From assembly GCA_946495655.1 (NCBI GenBank), contig CAMMDS010000006.1, positions 1,858-65,857 of the forward strand: a stretch of 64,000 bases of DNA, written 5' to 3'. Both the position numbers and the translations under genes were made by a program. The notes under the pieces are model-generated. The model saw only the letters and a list, made by a program, of their open reading frames with translations. It had not been told where the DNA came from and ran no database searches. Shown here piece by piece: positions 38,541 to 47,481 of this stretch (position 1 is its first letter; each line of letters opens with the position of its first letter). The stretch comes from an uncultured Clostridium sp. Its GTDB lineage: Bacteria; Bacillota; Clostridia; TANB77; CAG-508.

Positions 38541-39151
38541 TATCTTTCCTCCCTATCCTTTCTTGGTACTAAATCTATTTTTCTTTCTTTTAATAATTTT
38601 TCAGTTTCATATATTACTTCTTCAATTGATTTGTTTTCTGTATTAATAGCCACATAAGGAATGTTAAATTTTTTCACAAAATATGACATTTTGTCATATC
38701 CAAACTTAATTGCATCTACATCTGTCAAATCTCTATCTGTTTTGTCTCTATTAGCTATTCTTCTCATTCTTGTCTCTATAGATGCATACAATACTACTGT
38801 TATGTCTGGTACTCCAACTAAATCAATCATTGTTTGAAATATCTTTTCCGTTTCTTCATCTCCAGCCCAAACAAAATTTGATAAATAATTTCTATCTAAA
38901 ATATAATTACCTTCTTTCATTAAAGAATATAAGTTCCCCAATCCTGTTAGCCAAGCTCTTAAAATATTGTTATCACTATTATAAATTATATTTTCTTGAT
39001 TATCTATATAGCTATATTCATTTGTTCCTTCTTTTAAGTTAAACATATGTTTTATTGGTCTGGCTATATAATCAAAATTATACTTCTGCACCAGATATTT
39101 TGCCAATGTCGTTTTCCCCACTCCATCCATTCCTTCTATAGCTATCTTCAC
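38540..39151 (-). CDS. P-loop (deoxy)nucleoside / (d)NMP kinase (Tmk/dNK superfamily)
   Basis: IAIEGMDGVGKTTLAKYL, ILDRNYLSN (DR motif), and the lid RMRRIANRDKTDRD. Confidence 0.65.
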   Translation of the reverse strand: MKIAIEGMDGVGKTTLAKYLVQKYNFDYIARPIKHMFNLKEGTNEYSYIDNQENIIYNSDNNILRAWLTGLGNLYSLMKEGNYILDRNYLSNFVWAGDEETEKIFQTMIDLVGVPDITVVLYASIETRMRRIANRDKTDRDLTDVDAIKFGYDKMSYFVKKFNIPYVAINTENKSIEEVIYETEKLLKERKIDLVPRKDREER

Positions 39152-39165
39152 GAAAAAATCTCCTT

Positions 39166-40110
39166 CTATTTAAATATATATTTTATTTTTGGAACTCCAT
39201 TAAAATTATTATTCCATTGATAACCATATGTACTAATATTATTAAATACGAGTTCTTCTCCTTTTTTCATTTCTTTACATTTAATATTTGCTAGATAAGT
39301 ATCAACTTCACAACATGAATTGCCATAAAAAGTAGTTGTAAAAGTTCCTTCATATATCTTATTCAATTTCGGATGTACCCACCTTTGATTAGCCATTTGA
39401 GAGAAATTTAATATTATTATTTGTTTTCTATCTATTATTTTGCTATCTATTACTTGACAATACAATACACCACAGTCTTTAAAAAGAAAATCTCCAATTT
39501 CAGTAACTAAATTTATATTATTAGGTAGTATTTCTCTTATTTTTTTTAAGTATCCTATACCCTCTTCCCAAGTTAAATCCTCTAAATGTCCCCCTATATT
39601 TAAAATTTCTAAATTACTAAACTGTTTTACTATACTTTTAATTTGTTCATAGATCTGCTCACATTTTAATTTATCCTTATAATCGGAATTATGAAAATGT
39701 AAGTATTTTATAGAATCCTTTATTTCTTTGTTGCAAAGAGAAATCGGCGTTCCAAAATGGCTCTCTTGAAAGTTTGTATTATCATTAAAATTTATTCTTA
39801 TTCCGTGTTTTTTATCCCAATCATTGATGTTATTAAATGCAACATTTACATTTTTTTTATCTTTTAATTCATATGACAATGGTCCACTAGAACATATTAG
39901 TTTGTTCTTTTGATATTTCTTAATTAATTGATACTCATTATTGTTTGAAATATCAAATCCATCCATATTTTTGCAAACTATCTTTAAAACTCGTCTATTT
40001 GTGCAACATTTTACTGGAAATATAAAACTTACTCCTTTACAAGTACTTTTTATTTTTTTTATATTTTCCTCAAACTTTTTTAAGTCAACGATTACAACTG
40101 GTAAATTCAT
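39166..40110 (-). CDS. Type III PLP-dependent decarboxylase-fold protein (Orn/DAP/Arg decarboxylase family), divergent
   Basis: Ordered family motifs: FPVKCCTN (PLP Lys), GFDISNNNE, SHFGT, LHFHNSD, NIGGHL, TEIGDFL, YGNSCCEVD, GEELVF...STYGY. Shorter than usual at 314 aa. Confidence 0.55.
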   Translation of the reverse strand: MNLPVVIVDLKKFEENIKKIKSTCKGVSFIFPVKCCTNRRVLKIVCKNMDGFDISNNNEYQLIKKYQKNKLICSSGPLSYELKDKKNVNVAFNNINDWDKKHGIRINFNDNTNFQESHFGTPISLCNKEIKDSIKYLHFHNSDYKDKLKCEQIYEQIKSIVKQFSNLEILNIGGHLEDLTWEEGIGYLKKIREILPNNINLVTEIGDFLFKDCGVLYCQVIDSKIIDRKQIIILNFSQMANQRWVHPKLNKIYEGTFTTTFYGNSCCEVDTYLANIKCKEMKKGEELVFNNISTYGYQWNNNFNGVPKIKYIFK

Positions 40111-40127
40111 GTTCTATTACTCCTCTT

Positions 40128-40496
40128 CTATAATTCAGGTAATAAATATTCCATTCTCACGGTCTTATCTTTCAATATTATTTCTGTATTAATATTATCA
40201 TTATTAATTTGATAGATATATTCTCTACATTTTCCACATGGTGAATATATTTTTCCTTCTTCATTTACAGCAATAAGTTTTATTATTCTCGTTTCTCCAT
40301 CTTGTACCATACTAGCTATTGCATTATATTCTGCACATGTTCCTAATGAACATCCAGTTTCTATTGACACACCAGTATAAATTTTTTTATTTTGTGCAAT
40401 TAGAGCTACTGAAACATGTCCAATTCTTGTTACTTTATTCGGCTTATATGATGTAGCATTTTTTTTAGCAATTTTATACAACTCATTATTTTCCAT
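40128..40496 (-). CDS. cdd: Cytidine/deoxycytidine deaminase (small homotetrameric CDA type)
   Basis: Zinc motifs CAEYNAI and SPCGKCREY, 122 aa. Confidence 0.8.
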   Translation of the reverse strand: MENNELYKIAKKNATSYKPNKVTRIGHVSVALIAQNKKIYTGVSIETGCSLGTCAEYNAIASMVQDGETRIIKLIAVNEEGKIYSPCGKCREYIYQINNDNINTEIILKDKTVRMEYLLPEL

Positions 40497-41406
40497 ATTT
40501 TTCTCTCACAATCTTTACAATTTCTTTTCTAGTTAAAAACTGATTTGCCTTTGCTTTTCCATTAGAAAAATTAATATTTAATAAATCAGAAATCAACTCT
40601 TCTGTTTTCTTATTTTGTGCTATTATAATAGAATATCCATTTAAAATATCTACACAGTTTATTGATAAGTATTCTACATTTTTTTCTGATTGAACTTCAT
40701 CTAAAATCTTTCTAATTTTTTTTTCTTCTTTTTCTAAGAAGCCATCTACATTAGCCACTTCGAGTTGTCCCATAGACCAGCTTATTTTTAAAAATGGATC
40801 CTTATATTCAACTTCCATTTCTTCTCTTAAAGAATTTTCAAATATAGATTTTTTTTCAAATATTTCCTTTATTTTTTCTTCTGAAATATCTGTGCAAGAT
40901 TTTTCTAACCATTCTACCATTTTTCTATCTCGCTCTGTTGTGATTTTTGAATTTAGATTTACTGTATTAGATATAATTCCATAATATAACAATATTGCCG
41001 CATTTCTTGAAATCTCATAATTAAATAATTTATATTTTTCGGCAACTAAAGTTGCTGCCGCTCCTACCTCTTCAATTTGTATTTTTGCATTAGGCATTTT
41101 ATCTAGTTCTTCAGACTTTTTGTGATGGTCTATAATTTCTATAACATTGTTCAATTTGATTTTCTGATTCAATTCAAATGGTTGATTTGTATCTACTAAT
41201 ATTATTTTATCTTCATCACTAATACTCTTTTCGCTTTCTAATTTAATATTAAACATTTCACAAACGATTTTAACTTCTTTTTTAGGCTCTCCATTAATAA
41301 AATATCCAGTTTTTTGTTCTTGTTTATTTAATAATTCTGAATATGCATACATACATGCTACTCCATCCATATCTGGCATATTATAAGATAATATTATATT
41401 TTTCAT
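40486..41406 (-). CDS. DHH/DHHA2 phosphoesterase (family II pyrophosphatase-like)
   Basis: NMPDMDGVAC, LVDTN, IIDHHK, ISNT, and a C-terminal DHHA2-like domain. Overlaps cdd by 11 nt. Confidence 0.7.
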   Translation of the reverse strand: MKNIILSYNMPDMDGVACMYAYSELLNKQEQKTGYFINGEPKKEVKIVCEMFNIKLESEKSISDEDKIILVDTNQPFELNQKIKLNNVIEIIDHHKKSEELDKMPNAKIQIEEVGAAATLVAEKYKLFNYEISRNAAILLYYGIISNTVNLNSKITTERDRKMVEWLEKSCTDISEEKIKEIFEKKSIFENSLREEMEVEYKDPFLKISWSMGQLEVANVDGFLEKEEKKIRKILDEVQSEKNVEYLSINCVDILNGYSIIIAQNKKTEELISDLLNINFSNGKAKANQFLTRKEIVKIVREKYGK

Positions 41407-41480
41407 TTTATTTTATTCCTTTCTCATTCTTATAATAACACATATTTATTCAAAGATGTTTTACTTTTTACTTATATTTT

Positions 41481-42197
41481 TTATTTTTCTTTTATAGCTA
41501 ATAAATATCCAAATCTATGAAAATGATCATAAGATGTAACAACATGTGCTGCTTCAAATACAGGTTTCTTTTGCTCATAATTTGATATGATTTTCCAGCC
41601 ATCTCCTAGAAATTTAGCTGCTTCTCCATTTCTAAAAAATTTATAATTTGGAAAACTTTCAAAATCTTCTTCTTCGAGTGCCATCATATAATCTATGTAT
41701 AATATACCACCATTCTCCACAATATTCTTTAATTTATTAATTTTATCTTGTAATGAAAATTTATTATTTATTGTATAATGTAATGAACAACTTGTAAAAA
41801 CGACATTAAATTTTTCTTTTGGTGGGTTTTCATAAAAATTTCTTTCTTCAATTCTAGCATAATCTTCTAATTTTTCTATTTCTATTCTTTCCTGTAATCC
41901 TCTTATTTTCCTTGTTTCAAGTGGGTAATTGGGTGATTTGAAATTTCTATCATATTTTGGAATCTTTTTCCTTTTTTCATATATTGGAAAATCCTTTTCT
42001 CCTCCAAACAAATCAATTGTATCAATATCATATCCTACCACTTTATGATGAGCTCTAGCAAACGGGATTAAAAATTTTCCATCTGAACAGCCTACAATAC
42101 AAGCTGTCCAATTCTCATTTTTAAATCTTTCATCTGCTAGTTTAATTAATCTATATAACCTTGATGGTGTTTGCCCCCAAATACTTTTTGTTTTCAT
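41481..42197 (-). CDS. Class I SAM-dependent methyltransferase-like protein
   Basis: IVGCSDGKFLIPFARAHHKVVGYDID fits motif I plus the acidic loop. FTSCSLHY fits motif II/III. Substrate unknown. Confidence 0.5.
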   Translation of the reverse strand: MKTKSIWGQTPSRLYRLIKLADERFKNENWTACIVGCSDGKFLIPFARAHHKVVGYDIDTIDLFGGEKDFPIYEKRKKIPKYDRNFKSPNYPLETRKIRGLQERIEIEKLEDYARIEERNFYENPPKEKFNVVFTSCSLHYTINNKFSLQDKINKLKNIVENGGILYIDYMMALEEEDFESFPNYKFFRNGEAAKFLGDGWKIISNYEQKKPVFEAAHVVTSYDHFHRFGYLLAIKEK

Positions 42198-42215
42198 TAA
42201 AACTCTCCTTTTCTA

Positions 42216-42806
42216 TTATAATACTGATTTTATAAAATTAACACATTCTATGTCAAAAGTACAATTTCTCTTTTTTATATCTTCTTCTGTCAATTCACAT
42301 ATATACTTTTGTAATTTAGGATCAATTTGAATTCTAGATAGGCCATCATATTTTGAAGGTTTGTCACTTACTTTTGAAGTAAAAATGAATGTATCTTCTT
42401 TAATTTCTTTTGTATATTCTTGACCGTCTTTTATAATCGCAAGTCCTGTATAATAATAAGCTTCGCTTTCTCCTCCTACTTTCTTTAGTGCTTCAACATA
42501 ATAATCTTGAGTTTCTTCCATAGTCAATTCTTTTCCATTTATTCTGTGAACATATAAGCCTGGTTGCTTTTCAAATTCTTTTATATATAAAGCTGTATCT
42601 CCTGCTATTGTTGGTATTTTTGCTATCTTATAGTATGCTTGTGCTTTTATCATAGCATTTTCTGTAACTGTTTTTCCGTCTTCATTTACTTTAATATTAA
42701 TGTTTAACTCCTTTGGCGAAATTATTTCAATGTCCATTCCTTCTAATCTTTTTTTCATTGATTCTATTTTGTATTTATTTCCAGTTGCATACAATAGTTT
42801 TTTCAT
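42216..42806 (-). CDS. Ham1/RdgB-family non-canonical NTP pyrophosphatase (paralogue 1)
   Basis: LLYATGNKYKIESM, GDTALYIKEFEKQPGLYVHR. Confidence 0.65.
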   Translation of the reverse strand: MKKLLYATGNKYKIESMKKRLEGMDIEIISPKELNINIKVNEDGKTVTENAMIKAQAYYKIAKIPTIAGDTALYIKEFEKQPGLYVHRINGKELTMEETQDYYVEALKKVGGESEAYYYTGLAIIKDGQEYTKEIKEDTFIFTSKVSDKPSKYDGLSRIQIDPKLQKYICELTEEDIKKRNCTFDIECVNFIKSVL

Positions 42807-42827
42807 AAACTTACCTCCTATATTTTA

Positions 42828-43865
42828 TTATATACTATAATATATTTCTCCTTGATTTTTGAAATTTAAAATTTCTTTATTTATTTCATCATCTAATTCT
42901 GCAACTCTATAAATATTGTCTCTAATTTTTACCAAAGGATTTATATATCTTTTCTTTCCTTTAGCCTCTATACTATATTTTCCTTTTATTCTTTCTTTGC
43001 TCTTATAAACTTTATCGAAATTTTTAAATTTTTCCCATTGTTCTTTTATTTTTGCATTTCCTGTTTCATCTAGTATTCTAACAATATCTTCTTCTTTTTG
43101 CTTCATAAACATCTTAGGCTCTAATATGCCCTCATACACCGCCATTCTTAAAATATCTGATAAAAAATTATTTGTTATAGTAGAAACACCACCACTCATA
43201 AATTTGCCATTATCTAAAACAGCTTTTGTCATTTTCTTAGCTAGCTCTATATCTTGAAAGCACATTTCTTCTGATCCATATTCGTTTTTTGTTATTGATA
43301 TATCTTTATATATTTTATTTACTTCTTTCCAAGTAAGAATTCCTCTAGCTGTACCTGTATATAAATTATATTCCAATCTATCTGATGATAATTGTGGCAT
43401 ATCATTATCTGCGATTGGATATATTGCATAATCTGATACTTCTTCTACTTTTATATTATACTTTTTTAATATATCATTTATTTCTTTTGATTCTCTTATA
43501 ATTTCTTCTGTAGCATTCTCTGTGCTTGTCTGTGTTTCTGCATCATTATTATAATAATCAATTACATGTGAAAAAGTAGGAGTAGCTATGTCATGTAATA
43601 GCCCAGCTATAGATTGCTTTATATCGTTGGTAAAATTCCATACAATCAACCCTACACCAACCGAATGTTCAAATCTTGAATAATTGTATTCGAATGTCTG
43701 TAATTTATTTGATATATAGTCTCTACCACAGTTCTGTCCAACATATTTTAACCTTTTCATCTCTTTTGTCTGAATAATTTCATTCATAAAATCCGGCATA
43801 CTCTGCGAGTATATGCTATGTAATTTTTTTATATTTTCTAAATCTTTCTCCGTTAACTCTTTCAT
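42828..43865 (-). CDS. HD-domain phosphohydrolase, SAMHD1/dNTP-triphosphohydrolase-like
   Basis: SRFEHSVGVG, LLHDIATPTFSH, SDRLEYNLYTG. Confidence 0.65.
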   Translation of the reverse strand: MKELTEKDLENIKKLHSIYSQSMPDFMNEIIQTKEMKRLKYVGQNCGRDYISNKLQTFEYNYSRFEHSVGVGLIVWNFTNDIKQSIAGLLHDIATPTFSHVIDYYNNDAETQTSTENATEEIIRESKEINDILKKYNIKVEEVSDYAIYPIADNDMPQLSSDRLEYNLYTGTARGILTWKEVNKIYKDISITKNEYGSEEMCFQDIELAKKMTKAVLDNGKFMSGGVSTITNNFLSDILRMAVYEGILEPKMFMKQKEEDIVRILDETGNAKIKEQWEKFKNFDKVYKSKERIKGKYSIEAKGKKRYINPLVKIRDNIYRVAELDDEINKEILNFKNQGEIYYSI

Positions 43866-43868
43866 TTC

Positions 43869-45557
43869 TCATCTTTCCTTTTCTTCCATATCTATATTTC
43901 TTTCCTCTAAGCATCTATCTCGAAAAAAAGTAATTCCATTTAATCCTTTATTATATGCTTGTAATATATAATTCTGAATTTGTTCTACTGAAGTCTTGTT
44001 GGGTAAATTAACTGTTTTGGAAATAGATTCATCTATACAGCTGTTTATAATAGCCATTACTTCTATATGATCTTCTGCATTTATTTCTCTTGCTGTTTTA
44101 TAAATTTCTTTCAGTTCTATAAATCTATCATCTAATTGTGAACAATCTCCAGTTTTTAAAACTGTTTTTATAATCTCTTCTTGTTCATTATTAGAATACC
44201 TATTTCTTATATAATCAATAAATATAGGATTTAATCCTGTTTGTGATGATGAGTCATAAAGTGTAAAATATGGTTCTATGCTATATGAAGCATTAACTAT
44301 ACTTGCTGATCTTCCTGTAGGTGGAACAGCAGTAGTCGAAGAATTTCTAATCCCATATTTTTGAATTCCATTTATTAATGCTTGCCAATCTATATCGCTA
44401 ACCCATTCGTTTTTGTTTTTTCTAAAGCGATTGTACCAATTTTCTTGGCCACATAAGCTATCATTATATTTTCTAAAACTACCTCTTTCCCTTGACAAGT
44501 TTACAGATTCCACTTTACTATAGAAATTAATAAATGTAAATAAATCCTTAGTTAATTCTCTTGTTTCTATGGAATCATATGGAAGTTTAAGTTTAGCTAA
44601 CATGTCAGCAAAGCCACAAACTCCGACACCAATTCTCCTTTTATCTTCAATTATTTCTGGGTTAGATTTTGCATTTCTTATAGATATATCACATAAATTG
44701 TCTAACATTCTTGTAATTACTTGAACTGATAATTTCAATTCTTCTTTGTCTATATTTCCATTTTCATCTATCATTTTAGCTAAATTAATATATGAGAATT
44801 GGCATACTTCCCCTTCTGACATAGCTATCTCTGCACATGGAGCAACACTTTTGTATTCATATTGCTTTTGTGGTAAAGGATTAGTTTGGTTGAACCTATC
44901 CACAAAAATTATTCCTGGTTCCGCACAATAATGTATTGCTTCTGAGATCTTTCTTAGAATTTCTAGATTTGTTAACCTTACTTTTACTCCATTTTTAAGA
45001 ACCTCATATTCTTTTTCTCCATCAAAAAAATCATCTGGTATTTTTATAGATATATTATAATGGCATGTGTTAAAATCTCTTTTCTTCTTTAAATCAATGA
45101 AATCCAATATATATGGAGAATTAACATCTAATGTTCCCATTGCTGACAATCTATTTGGATAAATTTGAATCAAATCATGTATTACCGAATTAATTTTTTC
45201 TATTGTGTCACATGGATCATCTACTAGGTTAAGGTCATATCCAGACCCCATTGTGGTAGCAGCATAAGGTTCTAAAATAGCCTTAAGATTATTTATATCT
45301 TTTCTTAAATCTACTGGTACTATTGTACAAGAACTTACAGGCTCGTTGTCATCCAGTAAATTCTTTAATATTGGCGTTCCTAATACGATTTTATTTTCTA
45401 TTATTAATCTTTCTATATTTTCTAAATAAGTAGTATTTCTTCTATCATACTTTAATTCTAATTCTTTTAACTTTGATATTATTTTTCTTATGAATTCTTC
45501 TGAATTATCATTAGTGTCAATTATTTTCATCGATTTCATCAATTCATAATTAAACAT
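43869..45557 (-). CDS. Class II (B12-type) ribonucleotide reductase-like protein, short form, atypical active-site loop
   Basis: VSSCTIVP (C77), CAEPGIIFVD, the finger loop VAPCAEI (C241, E243), CQFSYINL (C252, same 11-residue spacing as NPCGE...CNLGSINL), and TAVPPTGRSASIVNASYSIEPYF. Confidence 0.7.
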   Translation of the reverse strand: MFNYELMKSMKIIDTNDNSEEFIRKIISKLKELELKYDRRNTTYLENIERLIIENKIVLGTPILKNLLDDNEPVSSCTIVPVDLRKDINNLKAILEPYAATTMGSGYDLNLVDDPCDTIEKINSVIHDLIQIYPNRLSAMGTLDVNSPYILDFIDLKKKRDFNTCHYNISIKIPDDFFDGEKEYEVLKNGVKVRLTNLEILRKISEAIHYCAEPGIIFVDRFNQTNPLPQKQYEYKSVAPCAEIAMSEGEVCQFSYINLAKMIDENGNIDKEELKLSVQVITRMLDNLCDISIRNAKSNPEIIEDKRRIGVGVCGFADMLAKLKLPYDSIETRELTKDLFTFINFYSKVESVNLSRERGSFRKYNDSLCGQENWYNRFRKNKNEWVSDIDWQALINGIQKYGIRNSSTTAVPPTGRSASIVNASYSIEPYFTLYDSSSQTGLNPIFIDYIRNRYSNNEQEEIIKTVLKTGDCSQLDDRFIELKEIYKTAREINAEDHIEVMAIINSCIDESISKTVNLPNKTSVEQIQNYILQAYNKGLNGITFFRDRCLEERNIDMEEKER

Positions 45558-46397
45558 TTATCTTTCAAATACACCTTCCTTTTTAACCATTTTATCTTTT
45601 AACTTCAATATTCCGTAATCATCTATTGATAGTGTTGCTACCTCTACAGCTTTCTTTAATGCATATTCTTCGCTAAAACCATTGGCAATCAAATTCATAA
45701 ACACACCATTTAAGCAATCTCCTGCTCCTAATTTATCTACAACATTTTTCTTTACAACTGCTGGTTGGTAAAACTCTTTATTTTTTGCTTTATATATGCA
45801 CCCTTCTTCTCCTAGTTTAATTATTTTTGTTTTAGCTTTACAATTTAATAACTCTTTAAATTCTTTATCAATAAATGCAATATCAACTATATCAAAAATT
45901 TCTTTAGTTTTCTTCATTCTTGAAAACCAATTATTTGTATCAACACTTAATATTGCATTTGAATTTTGTTTTACCTGTTTTATCATTTCTAATAAATATT
46001 TGGGATCACTTGTGGTGAAATGTATAAACTTTGCTTCCAAAAAATTCTTAGGAATGTCTTTAAAACTAATTATCATTTTGTTTTCAACTTCTCCATATGT
46101 AGTTGAATCTTGTCCATCTTTACTAAAAAATTTAGTATAAAAATGTGTTGTTTTAGTGTTTATTGACTGTAATCCTGATATATTTAAATTAAAAGCTTTT
46201 AATAAGTTTATATCAAAATCATTACCTATTTTAGTTACTATACCTACATTAAAAAATATACTTGCTGGAATTGCAGAATATAGGCAAGCTCCACCAACAT
46301 CTCTTTCTCTTACTGCATTATCAATTACATATTCTTTAGTATCATAGGCTGTGTTTCCGATAATTATTAAATTGGGACATCCTCTTGTTTTTTTCAT
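45558..46397 (-). CDS. PfkB-family (ribokinase/nucleoside kinase-like) kinase
   Basis: DVGGACLYSA N-terminal motif and the C-terminal DKLGAGDCLNGVF. First gene of the operon, directly abutting the RNR-like gene. Confidence 0.75.
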   Translation of the reverse strand: MKKTRGCPNLIIIGNTAYDTKEYVIDNAVRERDVGGACLYSAIPASIFFNVGIVTKIGNDFDINLLKAFNLNISGLQSINTKTTHFYTKFFSKDGQDSTTYGEVENKMIISFKDIPKNFLEAKFIHFTTSDPKYLLEMIKQVKQNSNAILSVDTNNWFSRMKKTKEIFDIVDIAFIDKEFKELLNCKAKTKIIKLGEEGCIYKAKNKEFYQPAVVKKNVVDKLGAGDCLNGVFMNLIANGFSEEYALKKAVEVATLSIDDYGILKLKDKMVKKEGVFER

Positions 46398-46429
46398 TTT
46401 ACTCCTTACTCTCTCTTTTACCTTTTAAG

Positions 46430-46458
46430 AGTATACTATAATCTACTAATTTTGTCAA
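46430..46458 (-). promoter_or_regulatory. SigA-type promoter of the ten-gene operon
   Basis: On the minus strand: ttgaca (46458-46453), a 17-nt spacer, then tatact (46435-46430). It lies about 33 nt upstream of ATG 46397. Confidence 0.6.
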
Positions 46459-46567
46459 TAATTTCCATAATTTTTGTTTTTTATTTAAATATCAGTAAAC
46501 AGCCATTTATAATACATTTAATATTGTATAATCAATTTTAGAGTAATTAACAAATTTATTCATTTCA

Positions 46568-47195
46568 CTATTTTATTTGTTCTAAATTGACTAATTTTTC
46601 TTTTCTAAAAGTCATTTTTAGTAAACAAGGAGATGTTATATCTAAAACTGTATTATTATATACTAATCTTACATCTTCATTTACTTCACACCAGTTTAAT
46701 AAGAAGAATTTTATTGAACCACCAATGGCTTATAACAGCAATTTTCTTACCTTCATATTCTTTTAATATTCTATCAAAGAACTCTGTCATTCGTTTTTTT
46801 GTTTCTTCTGCGCTTTCTCCATCAGAAGTCTTAAAATTTCTATCTAATAATTGTTCTTGCGAAGGATCTCTTGTTTTTTTGTCTTTCATAAATTCTCCTA
46901 GTTCTTTTAAATTTCCTAGTTTTCTTTCACTTAAATTACTATCTAAATTAATAGGTAATTGATTTGAATTAGCAATATATTTAGCAGTAGCTTTTGCTCT
47001 AGTATAACTACTCGACCAAATAACATCAATATTAGTTAATTCTTCATTTTCACTTAATCTTTTAGATTGTTCTTCTCCATATACGGATAAAATTTCCTTT
47101 TCATTAATCATTTGTGAATCTTCATTTGTATTTCTAATTCCGTTTTCTTGGGCCGTTTCAGCATGCCTAATTAAATAAACTATAGTATCTAACAT
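46568..47195 (-). pseudogene. Histidine phosphatase (phosphoglycerate-mutase-like) family protein, interrupted by a 1-nt insertion
   Basis: VYLIRHAET (RHG motif). The track ORF ends ISHWWFNK...*. Shifting one base gives ISH|GGSIKFFLLNWCEVNEDVRLVYNNTVLDITSPCLLKMTFRKEKLVNLEQIK*. The junction is agc cat [t] ggt ggt at about 46724. The span is 628 nt (3n+1). Confidence 0.65.
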
Positions 47196-47481
47196 TTTCT
47201 GTAACTCCTTTTCTCTTTTTTATAATTTATATTATATCAATACAAATTACTTTTTACTACCGTTACAGTAAATTTTTACAACAAATTCAACATTAGTATT
47301 TTAATGTTTTTGCAGGATCAGGGAGTCTACTCGACTCCCGATAACTGCCTAAAAGCGGGGCTTTTAGCGGTGGACTCTTTTGTTTTAGAGTAGACTATCG
47401 GACGACTCTTTTTTTATTAAAAAACAAGCATAAAATGTCTAACTTTTTGATTTTAGTTCATTCTATACTTGCTTTTCAATC

